Virus record (IMG/VR): IMGVR_UViG_3300050162_000122
Coordinates: 1 to 43,168 of that record
Origin: a virus
Lineage: Duplodnaviria > Caudoviricetes
Length of the DNA: 43,168 bases
Direction: 5' to 3' (one strand)
Position 1 is the stretch's first letter; each line of letters opens with the position of its first letter. The translations under genes and the position numbers were made by a program. Of the stretch, positions 17,965 through 26,635 are shown piece after piece. The notes beneath the pieces are model-generated. The model was not told where the DNA came from. It saw only the letters and a program-made list of their open reading frames with translations, and did not search any database.

Positions 17965-19034
17965 TATTGACCGATATAGTGGAACGATCCGTTTACACCT
18001 GTCAATCGATCAGTGGCTGCGTACATATCACTTGGAGCATTGAATAGTCCGTATGATTTAGATACGATCAAATGCCATCCGCGTGGAGTTGTAGTTTCAC
18101 CTACAGTAACCGGACAGTCCTGGTATTTCAATTGACAGTCAAAAGTCAAAGCAGTCAACTGACCGTCGGCCAATTGAACAGGTACCGGAATAGTGAAGAA
18201 GTAGCTTCCTCCCTTCAGCCCTGCATAAGCACCTACATTCTTATTGAAGTCTACGAAACCAACCATACCAGGCGTGAATACACCGAAGTGATTTGCTCCC
18301 CAAGCGGTTGTTGAGCGGATATCGTTGTAGAATTTGAACGTCTGGTTAGATCCAAAACCAAATTGATCAGCCGCAGTTTTCAATTTTTGGGCAATGTTGT
18401 AATTATTCACAATACCATTACCAACGATTACGGGAGTTTCAGATCCTTCGTTGAATTGATAGTCAGTCAATAATTTTACAATACCGTCAGTTTGTGAGAT
18501 AGTATTTGCAAAAGTAACAGTCTGAGCAGTTGTGGCTCCTGTTAGCGCATTTTTACCCCACTTAGTAGTTTGTGCTGCCAGTAAGTTATAGTTCATTTTC
18601 TGAATGATACCATTTACCTTAACCAGCAGTGCTTCATACAGCGGCACCATTAAAGCATTAGCTGGAGTTCCGGCTGCAAGTGTCTTCTGAGCATCATCCT
18701 GATACTTTCGCATATCATCGTCGGAGATGAAAATACCAAGTTTTGAGAATAATGGCCGGCCAATGGTCGCCTCCTGGTATGATAAAGTAACTGGTGTTTC
18801 GCAGTCGTCAACGCTGGATACGTCAGACTCCAGTCCGCGTTGTGCGTAACGTACTTTCAGTTCGCGCTCCTTACCGTCCATGATGTCTTTTGCATTCGAA
18901 ATCTTTGCGGTTGTAGGGTTTTCAAGCAGCATCTGCATGAAACCTACAGGAGTAATTTTATACTGAGGGTTGTCTAACCCTGCAAGAATGCCGATATTAA
19001 TCAGCAGTGCCTGTACAAATCCTTGTAAATTCAT
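17964..19034 (-). CDS. Major capsid protein
   Basis: 356 aa, directly after the scaffold gene; capsid-like composition. Confidence 0.75.
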   Translation of the reverse strand: MNLQGFVQALLINIGILAGLDNPQYKITPVGFMQMLLENPTTAKISNAKDIMDGKERELKVRYAQRGLESDVSSVDDCETPVTLSYQEATIGRPLFSKLGIFISDDDMRKYQDDAQKTLAAGTPANALMVPLYEALLVKVNGIIQKMNYNLLAAQTTKWGKNALTGATTAQTVTFANTISQTDGIVKLLTDYQFNEGSETPVIVGNGIVNNYNIAQKLKTAADQFGFGSNQTFKFYNDIRSTTAWGANHFGVFTPGMVGFVDFNKNVGAYAGLKGGSYFFTIPVPVQLADGQLTALTFDCQLKYQDCPVTVGETTTPRGWHLIVSKSYGLFNAPSDMYAATDRLTGVNGSFHYIGQ

Positions 19035-19036
19035 AA

Positions 19037-19909
19037 TTAGTTGTTTGTTTGAACGTCACCCAATGAAGCCTGAAGAGCTGCGTTGAATGCCGATGCGTTT
19101 TGTTGTTGTGCCCCGGGAACTCGTATCGGTGGAGCTGGTGGTGCGGGTGGATTACCGCCGGATACTTCCAAAAGTTTATTTTCTGCCAGTACTTTGTCTG
19201 TAAAATCACCAAAGGTTACTTGTTTGAAAGTAGCGTCGAGATAATCCATAGTCGGATTAGCGGCTTGTTTCAATTTGAGTACTCCTCCGTTATTTACGAT
19301 GATTGCACCGGCTTCTTTTATTTTTGCTTCCAGAAGCGTTTTTGCCGTCAATGTATTCACATCAACAGGAAGATCTTTGTTGGCATAATTCTTACCGGAA
19401 AGGGCTTGAGAGAATAGCATGTTAGTAATTTCGCCACTATGCTTTGAAGTCAATGCTTCAACTTCTTTTGTCTTTGCTTCGGTAATGCCTGCCAGTTGGG
19501 TTTGCAGTTGTTGAATCTGAGCTGTCAACTGAGCTTCTTTTTCGGGATTTGCGCCCTTTTGCTTCGAGGCAAGATCCTGGATTTTTGCATCAATTTTCGC
19601 TTTCAGAATGTCGAATTTTTTGTATGTCGACTTTTCAGCAGTCATTTCGTCAGATGCTCCGAACTCTTCCGCTAATAGTGCGAATTTGTCATCTGCCGCC
19701 TTTAAGATGATTGGTTTGAAGTGATTCAATACTGCGGGGTTATTTTTCGCTGCATCCAGCGACATAAGACCTGTATCAACAGAGTTTGCGAATTCATCCG
19801 CAATGTCCCGGTTTGCCAAGTCTGCATTTGAGAGGATTGCAATTACAGCAGGATCGTTTTCCTTACCTACTTTCTTTGCCAAATTATTGAGAAAATCTCC
19901 TAGTTTCAT
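19037..19909 (-). CDS. Capsid scaffolding protein
   Basis: Coiled coil with Pro/Gln-rich C-terminus, upstream of the capsid gene. Confidence 0.75.
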   Translation of the reverse strand: MKLGDFLNNLAKKVGKENDPAVIAILSNADLANRDIADEFANSVDTGLMSLDAAKNNPAVLNHFKPIILKAADDKFALLAEEFGASDEMTAEKSTYKKFDILKAKIDAKIQDLASKQKGANPEKEAQLTAQIQQLQTQLAGITEAKTKEVEALTSKHSGEITNMLFSQALSGKNYANKDLPVDVNTLTAKTLLEAKIKEAGAIIVNNGGVLKLKQAANPTMDYLDATFKQVTFGDFTDKVLAENKLLEVSGGNPPAPPAPPIRVPGAQQQNASAFNAALQASLGDVQTNN

Positions 19910-19920
19910 AATTCAAAAGA

Positions 19921-20268
19921 TTACGGTTTTACTTCAAGTTCTTTCACTTTAGCTTCAGCTGCTACAAGCTTCCCAGACAGATCTTCGTTCCCGGCTTTGA
20001 GTTCTTTGATCTGAGATTGATAATCGGTAATAGCTGCTTCTGCTTTTACAAGCTGATCCTTGAGATCCTTGATCTCATCTTTGAGTGTTTTGTCGGACTG
20101 CTTTGAGGTTTTGTCAGTCTTGTACTCCGGGAAGTGCTCTACAATTTCGGATTCAGAAGGTTCTTCAACTTCAAATCCCTGCGAGCGATAAAAGGCTTCA
20201 TTGGTGGCCAAAACGACTACTGGATCCTGTCCTTTAGCCGTAACCTTGATAAAATTCTTTTTATTCAT
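19921..20268 (-). CDS. Coiled-coil protein, first gene of the head operon (likely start MNKKNF)
   Basis: The ORF-track start (20316) lies upstream of the -7 box at 20304-20311, so the true start is downstream. Confidence 0.7.
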   Translation of the reverse strand: MNKKNFIKVTAKGQDPVVVLATNEAFYRSQGFEVEEPSESEIVEHFPEYKTDKTSKQSDKTLKDEIKDLKDQLVKAEAAITDYQSQIKELKAGNEDLSGKLVAAEAKVKELEVKP

Positions 20269-20303
20269 TTCAAATATTGGTTTGTTTGACATAAAATCAG
20301 AAA

Positions 20304-20350
20304 CAAAAATACTCATAATGATAAAAATGTATTCAAAATGATTACTTTTG
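20304..20350. promoter_or_regulatory. 47-bp bidirectional promoter element, copy 1
   Basis: TATTTTTG (-) and TACTTTTG (+) flank two TCA-N3-TGA boxes. Confidence 0.75.
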
Positions 20351-20372
20351 TATTAAAATAAATGTGCTCAAA

Positions 20373-20510
20373 ATGGGAAAGCAATACAGACTCCGACATA
20401 TGCCAGAATCTATACATAGTTTTTTGAAAGAAAAACAGAAAGAACTGAATGAGTCAACTGGTAGGTTTCACTCGATTGAGCAGGTTATTTATATACTAAT
20501 TAAAAGATAA
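20373..20510 (+). CDS. 45-aa ribbon-helix-helix (Arc-like) DNA-binding protein, missed by the ORF track
   Basis: MGKQYRLRHMPESIHSFLKEKQKELNESTGRFHSIEQVIYILIKR*: strand-Pro-helix-G-S-helix pattern. Confidence 0.72.
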   Translation: MGKQYRLRHMPESIHSFLKEKQKELNESTGRFHSIEQVIYILIKR

Positions 20511-20569
20511 TATACAGGGGACGGTGAAAACCTTTAAAAGAGTAGCCAAATTTATAAATACATACAGAT

Positions 20570-20845
20570 ATGAAAAAAGGAGATTGGGCAAATTTTATTT
20601 TGCGGAGAGTCGAAAGCGGTATTGAAACCGACACAATGTTAGGTGGATTTTATTCCTACATTGAAAAAGAAAAAAGTCCAAAAGTATTTGAGGGCTTTAC
20701 AAAAGATTGGGATAAAAAAGACTTAGATGGATGTTATGCGATAGTAACATTTTTCGAAGATTCGTTTATGCCATTGTATGAAGATTCTGCTTACTATGTT
20801 ATGACAGATACTGGCGGAACTGTTGCAAACAGAACTAAAAAGTAA
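20570..20845 (+). CDS. Hypothetical moron-like protein
   Basis: Opposite strand within the head module, with its own terminator. Confidence 0.75.
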   Translation: MKKGDWANFILRRVESGIETDTMLGGFYSYIEKEKSPKVFEGFTKDWDKKDLDGCYAIVTFFEDSFMPLYEDSAYYVMTDTGGTVANRTKK

Positions 20846-20846
20846 C

Positions 20847-20880
20847 AAAATAGGGGAGACAAATTTATCTCCCCTATTTT
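20847..20880. terminator. Bidirectional terminator
   Basis: AAAATAGGGGAGA...TCTCCCCTATTTT between convergent genes. Confidence 0.88.
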
Positions 20881-21764
20881 TATTTAAACTTATCCACTAA
20901 GTTTTTAGGTACCGCAAATGCGTTCACCGGTGTTAGTTTATGTCCACAGTTCCACCCTCCATTATTTACCTGAAAGTTTTCCTTAGTGGTTCCTTCGATC
21001 ATTCCGTATGGTAGCCCCGTTCTTTCGTAGATCTTGCATTGATGGCCGTCGATGATCCCGTTTAGTATATCAGGTATTTCCGACTTATGAATGTACTTTT
21101 TCTTGACAAGAAATTCGCAAAATTCCCGACTTGTTTCTTTGTTGGATCCAACGTACATGAACCACTCTAGCCCGAGATCGTCGGTAAGTAGCTTGTTGTA
21201 TTGCCCGGCCAACTGATTGACTGAAGTATTCGCGTAAGTCTGTGCATATCGGGTAAGCGCTCCCTGGCTTTTTTCGTCAGTAGTCAGGAAATTTGTCATA
21301 TCTGTAACCAGATCTGCATACTTGGTACCTGTAGTGATACTTTTGAGAACCATGTCCGAAAGCTTACTTGTCACATTTGCTTCTATACCTGATTGAGTCA
21401 AACCCTTTGTGAGATTATCTACTGCAATATTCTTTAGTAGCTTATATTTATCTCCGAATGTGATGTTTTTATCCAATGTATTGAAAAACCCTAACTGAGC
21501 AGTTATAATACTACCCATTCCATTTACTAAATCAGATACTGATTTTATGTAGTCTTTTGAAAGCACGGCCTTATTTAACCGTGCTTTTATTTCATTGACT
21601 AACTTAAGGTTTTCAATACTTGCATCAATGCTGCCATTCGTAGACTTTAGCTCTTTGCAGATATTAAGCACCTCATCCAGTAATTTCTTCTCGTAAACTG
21701 AAAGTTTGCCTGAGAATTTCTCATTGACTGAGTCGATTGTACTGATAACTTCATGTATGTCCAT
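20880..21764 (-). CDS. Minor head protein (MuF/SPP1 gp7-like)
   Basis: TSREFC and GGWNCGH motifs; follows the portal. Confidence 0.8.
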   Translation of the reverse strand: MDIHEVISTIDSVNEKFSGKLSVYEKKLLDEVLNICKELKSTNGSIDASIENLKLVNEIKARLNKAVLSKDYIKSVSDLVNGMGSIITAQLGFFNTLDKNITFGDKYKLLKNIAVDNLTKGLTQSGIEANVTSKLSDMVLKSITTGTKYADLVTDMTNFLTTDEKSQGALTRYAQTYANTSVNQLAGQYNKLLTDDLGLEWFMYVGSNKETSREFCEFLVKKKYIHKSEIPDILNGIIDGHQCKIYERTGLPYGMIEGTTKENFQVNNGGWNCGHKLTPVNAFAVPKNLVDKFK

Positions 21765-23512
21765 TATTTAAGCCCTCCTAAATCCAATGGTACGGGTACC
21801 GATGAATTTTCTTTCTGAACCTCCTCAGCTAGCTTTCTAATCGCTCCTCTTTTCTTATCCGGAGTAAGACTGTAGAATTGATCGTCATCCTCTACACAAC
21901 GACGAATAAATTGAATGATGTTACAAGAGGTTATATAGTCTAGATCTGTGATCCCTCCGTTGCTCTTTCGAGTCATTTTATCTTGCTCACTAAGACCATA
22001 AAGCGGATCCAATTCGAACACGGCTTGAGCTTCGTAACTGATCTCTGGATCTGTGTTGAATTTTTTCTTTGCGTAATCAATCTCCATTGCCCGAATGATG
22101 ACCGGATTCACGTTTGAATCCCTTGCTGCCTTAATGTCAGAAAGTATCATATTCGAACTAAGAAGATCGTATTTCTCTGGAACATTTATTTGGGGGAGCA
22201 TTGCCCGTCGTTCATCTTCGTTGGTAACTGCCACCATATACCGGTATTCCCCAATGAAAAAATAGACTTCATCCAGGATCCTAACTATATCTTCAGCAAC
22301 ACCATTGACAAAGTTGTTCAATTCGTCCTTATCTACGGCTTTAGCTACTCCACTTTGAGCTAATGGTACTTCAGCCAGAAATTCCATGTTTAGAGTTGAT
22401 AAAGCCTCATATATATGCTGTCTTACCCGTTCATCCTGAAGCTTTGCAATTTCTACTGACTTCTGAACATATGCAATCGGTGGGGTAGGGAGTTGATTTT
22501 CTCCTACACTGGCTGCATTAATCAAGTGGATCCCATATGGAGAAGTGTTCAGAATCGATCCCACACCCCTACATCGTGGACACTGAGTCTTCGTTCCACC
22601 TTCTCCGGTTATTTGTCCGATACCTTTACAGTCGGGGCATTCTGTATTTGTGTACGCGTACTTTTCGCTGTGAATGTGTTGCACGATCTCTGCCTGAAGA
22701 TCTGAGTACTCGCGAGCGGCTTCATCTAGGCTAGGCACCATAGATGCTATTCGGCTTTCATAGATGGTTTGATTGTTCTTCCTAGAGTGATAAAGCCCTC
22801 CAGCCTTGAATGCCGGTAGCTTTCCGAAATTGTGATTGTAGATGGCTTTTTGTTCCAGGTCTTTTTGTACATTGATTTGTTCATATTTAACTATCTGAGT
22901 ATCTGTTATAATATAATAGATAGATCCGTCTGTGTATGTTCTTTTGCCTGCCGGCGTTGTATAGGTGCTTTTATCGTCGCTAAGAAGCACAGCATATTCA
23001 CCCTCTACATAATCGATCACATTTTCACTTGAAAAAAATTTGGCCATCGGTTTGCAGTAACTTGTATTCTCCGGGACATCATCAAGCACAACTGCTACTA
23101 TGCCGTTTGCATCCAATAAATAACGTTTGAGCAGCTCCGAAAATGCCCAATTGGTCACTGAAGAGTAGCCCGGGTAATTATGCTCACAATACCGTTCCAG
23201 TGTTTCTTTCTCTGTGATCACTGGCTTTACTGACTTTGCGTCATACTGGATATTCCAATCTTGAGATCTACGGATTTTCTCGAGCGAGTTGATCACTTTC
23301 GAAATTGGGTTTTTTGTCTTTGGAACGTAGATACTGGCCCTGTATTTTTTGATTTCTTCCGGCTCACTTGGTCTTCGTTCGGTGATAAGATCCCCGGGTA
23401 TGTGGCCATTTGCATGCACTTCTAATTTTCTAGCCAACTTTACGGTTTCGTTATAATTTTGATGCTTTCCGGTGATTGATTTCTTGATAAATTCTGCTGT
23501 AATTTCGAACAT
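21764..23512 (-). CDS. Portal protein with inserted DnaJ-type zinc finger
   Basis: 582 aa; HNFGKLPA and QSGVAKAVD portal-like motifs; CPDCKGIG...CPRCRGVG. Confidence 0.8.
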   Translation of the reverse strand: MFEITAEFIKKSITGKHQNYNETVKLARKLEVHANGHIPGDLITERRPSEPEEIKKYRASIYVPKTKNPISKVINSLEKIRRSQDWNIQYDAKSVKPVITEKETLERYCEHNYPGYSSVTNWAFSELLKRYLLDANGIVAVVLDDVPENTSYCKPMAKFFSSENVIDYVEGEYAVLLSDDKSTYTTPAGKRTYTDGSIYYIITDTQIVKYEQINVQKDLEQKAIYNHNFGKLPAFKAGGLYHSRKNNQTIYESRIASMVPSLDEAAREYSDLQAEIVQHIHSEKYAYTNTECPDCKGIGQITGEGGTKTQCPRCRGVGSILNTSPYGIHLINAASVGENQLPTPPIAYVQKSVEIAKLQDERVRQHIYEALSTLNMEFLAEVPLAQSGVAKAVDKDELNNFVNGVAEDIVRILDEVYFFIGEYRYMVAVTNEDERRAMLPQINVPEKYDLLSSNMILSDIKAARDSNVNPVIIRAMEIDYAKKKFNTDPEISYEAQAVFELDPLYGLSEQDKMTRKSNGGITDLDYITSCNIIQFIRRCVEDDDQFYSLTPDKKRGAIRKLAEEVQKENSSVPVPLDLGGLK

Positions 23513-23535
23513 AATTCAGTTTTTAAAGAGTTTTG

Positions 23536-24270
23536 TTATCCGCAGTTAGAGTTACGGATCGTTCTATTTTGTTGCACCTTAAAGGTTGCCATTGCAATTT
23601 TCTGATTGCATTCATTTTCTGTATAATTGTCCCATTCTATTTCATATTTATCTGATTTTACCACCGATATTCCATCGATCAATAAATGGTCACAAGACAG
23701 GGCTACAAGTATTTTCTCATGCATTGACTCGTCAAAGTACTCAGTAGTGCATGACCATTCTTTATTTATCGATGCATACAATACCTTTCTTTCGCCGTTA
23801 GACGTTGTGTATACCTTATCATCTTGAGGAAGCTGTGGCTTATCCATCAAAATAGGCAGTCTGGCCGTCAAAGTCTTTCCTAGTGAAAATGAAAATCCAA
23901 ACTCGTCATTATCGCACGAATACTCAACCAAAGAGTATTCTGTATCTGGCAAATATTTTAGTATATTCGAATAGAACTGACCATCTGAGGATGTAACTAG
24001 CAGTCTGAAGTAGTTATTAGGGGCTATCAATAAGGATAAATCTGACGTTATTTTTACATGTATCTTACCTGCCACGTTTGTTTTATCGAAAACTACATCT
24101 GAAATATAATTTCCTGTTTCAGATACAATTTCTATTTTTGAAATATCCTTTGATCCTGTCTCAATTGTCGTGAAAAAGGAAATGTCACTACCTATCTTTA
24201 CTGGAATAAATAGGCAGCCGTCAGCCATCTGATCAGATAGCTGAATAAACGAAAATTCAGGGTTAGTCAT
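23536..24270 (-). CDS. Putative tail-tip protein
   Basis: Coupled to the upstream tail gene; beta-rich. Confidence 0.5.
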   Translation of the reverse strand: MTNPEFSFIQLSDQMADGCLFIPVKIGSDISFFTTIETGSKDISKIEIVSETGNYISDVVFDKTNVAGKIHVKITSDLSLLIAPNNYFRLLVTSSDGQFYSNILKYLPDTEYSLVEYSCDNDEFGFSFSLGKTLTARLPILMDKPQLPQDDKVYTTSNGERKVLYASINKEWSCTTEYFDESMHEKILVALSCDHLLIDGISVVKSDKYEIEWDNYTENECNQKIAMATFKVQQNRTIRNSNCG

Positions 24271-26635
24271 TACGTGGTATTAGTTTAAATTTAGCTTCTC
24301 CGGATGAATAATCATACTCTAACTCTTTTAGCCAGGTATCTTCTCCATTCAATTGTATTATCCCATAAGGATCGTTTTTTATTTGATTGAATTCTATGAT
24401 TGAAAGATTGTAACTTACATTCAATAATTCAGATCTTTGCAATGGTTCAATCTTGTCTATATTTTGACTTTCGCTTACTAGCTGATCGCTAAACGGATCA
24501 TCCAGGTAATAAGTATTCGATTGAGATATGGTCTTGCATTTAGCGCTTACATTACCAGTAGATGATGACATTGAAATAGCAGACTTTGCCGAATTGAATT
24601 TGAATAGGTTTTTAACCCATCTAGCTGCGTTTCTTTCGGGCGATATCCTGGCGTTTAAAACAGTTTCCTGGGAAAATATGGTGTCATCTGAGTCGGTAGC
24701 CCCTTGGTCAACAGATAGACTCAAAGATAGGCTTCTTCCAAGTGTTGCTACTCCACTCCAATTGCCAGGAAATAATGATCCTGTAACAGTTATAAACCCG
24801 TTTTGGTAGATATTAGTAATCGTATGTTCTACAGAATCTATTGTTAGTACGTCACCTACAATCAATTTATTCATCAATGCATCATCAGTGACTTTTAAAT
24901 CACCATTTTGATAATGAGTCAATGGTACCTGTGTTGTCGACGGTGAGGCTTTCAATGCTGCTATAAATACTTTCTCATCATATTTCCAATCCTCAGTAGT
25001 TTTATCGATTGCCTTTCGCCTTGTGGTTTCTATTGCATAAGGATCAGCCACAAACTCGCATTTTGCATTTAGCTCATTGTCTACCGCCTTTATACCGGTT
25101 ATAAAGGATCTAAGTGTATGAAATGTGTCAATTGCGTTTATCTCTTCAATGTCTGAGTAGTTCGAATATCCAACAGCAAGCTTTGTATGAGATGCTGTGT
25201 CAATGACTCTTTCTATAGAAGATGGATTATTAATTTCAAAGACAACATTGGTTTTATAAAACCAATCGCTTTGTTCAACTCTTAGCGCCAAATCGTTATT
25301 TTCATTAACAAAGCCATATCCAATGTTATCAATTGCATTTATGCTTTCAAATAATGACTTGAATGATAGATTCAGTTTGTATTCATTTTCTGAAGAATCT
25401 ACTGCATTTCTAAGCCAATAGCCAAGAATGATACACTTCAAAGCCCCACCACCGCATGGAGATGAGTTACCATTTACATCTGAATCTATTCTTGACAACC
25501 AATCAGATTTCACCGATTTACCGCAAATTATCTCACCTATTCGAGAAAACGCCTCATGTACAAGAGATACATTTGAATTTGTATTCACGGCTGTTGTATC
25601 AGAAGTGACTTTGAAATAGTTCCCCGCGCTTTGAACTATGTTTATGGTTGTATTTCTGAATTCTACTCCGCCACCGTTTGTCCCAAATGATGATAAGCCT
25701 ATAAAACAGGAGATCCATTCTACTTGTGATAATTCTACCGGTGAAGTGAAAGACTTATCAATGTCAAATGTATGTGAAAATTCAGAACCTGACTTAGATA
25801 GACTTACGGTTGCCGATTCAAAAATTACAACCGGAGTAGTGATGTTTTTCTTTTTAAGCGCTATGAGGTAATATCCTTTTATAGTGCTAACAGTTGAGTT
25901 GTTTACAGTAATATTGAAGTTTGACTTTATAGTAACCTTTGGTGCTGATCCAGTGAGCGAACTATTATTGATAAAGAATGCGCTATCACTGTTGAATTGA
26001 CTTGTCATGTGAAAAAATTGATCATTGCCTAAATAGTCAATCTCCGCCACATCCTGAGTATTAAATCCAGTTGCTATGTCAATAACACCCGATCTTACAT
26101 CGTCGTTGGCAACTACTGTCAAAGAAGGAAAATATTCATAACCATCGTCATCAATGTATTTGTTCTTTGCGCTAGTGGTGTATCTAATAGCTTTTGCTGG
26201 GAACTCAATATAGCGAGATAAGTTTTTGTACTCATTCAGCGTATCACCGTCGATAGTTTCCAGTGATTTAATATCAACCTCGGTATCTAATCGGTTGTTG
26301 AAGGTAGTCCTTACCCCAATCTCTCCAACTTTCACTTTTACTGAGCAATACTCGCTTTTTTGATTAGAGTAGGTAGATAGATCCACTACTCCTGAGTAGA
26401 TTTCAATATCCTGGTCATCGCATACCTGTACTACCCGATAGGTAATTTCAGTATCTATATCCTGATCGTAGGCATTTTTTATAATGCTGGCAGCTTCATT
26501 GTAAAACTCCAGATCACTCATAGATACTTCAGCCGAAATTCCATGCGTTTCAGCCCTTTTTATTGATGTCTTGAACCCATCATAGCCTATGGGTTCATCA
26601 ATTAAAATATCGTTCAAATAGTGGTTAATTACCAT
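24263..26635 (-). CDS. Putative tail-tip/hub protein
   Basis: 790 aa, directly downstream of the TMP; EPIGYD start. Confidence 0.6.
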   Translation of the reverse strand: MVINHYLNDILIDEPIGYDGFKTSIKRAETHGISAEVSMSDLEFYNEAASIIKNAYDQDIDTEITYRVVQVCDDQDIEIYSGVVDLSTYSNQKSEYCSVKVKVGEIGVRTTFNNRLDTEVDIKSLETIDGDTLNEYKNLSRYIEFPAKAIRYTTSAKNKYIDDDGYEYFPSLTVVANDDVRSGVIDIATGFNTQDVAEIDYLGNDQFFHMTSQFNSDSAFFINNSSLTGSAPKVTIKSNFNITVNNSTVSTIKGYYLIALKKKNITTPVVIFESATVSLSKSGSEFSHTFDIDKSFTSPVELSQVEWISCFIGLSSFGTNGGGVEFRNTTINIVQSAGNYFKVTSDTTAVNTNSNVSLVHEAFSRIGEIICGKSVKSDWLSRIDSDVNGNSSPCGGGALKCIILGYWLRNAVDSSENEYKLNLSFKSLFESINAIDNIGYGFVNENNDLALRVEQSDWFYKTNVVFEINNPSSIERVIDTASHTKLAVGYSNYSDIEEINAIDTFHTLRSFITGIKAVDNELNAKCEFVADPYAIETTRRKAIDKTTEDWKYDEKVFIAALKASPSTTQVPLTHYQNGDLKVTDDALMNKLIVGDVLTIDSVEHTITNIYQNGFITVTGSLFPGNWSGVATLGRSLSLSLSVDQGATDSDDTIFSQETVLNARISPERNAARWVKNLFKFNSAKSAISMSSSTGNVSAKCKTISQSNTYYLDDPFSDQLVSESQNIDKIEPLQRSELLNVSYNLSIIEFNQIKNDPYGIIQLNGEDTWLKELEYDYSSGEAKFKLIPRND

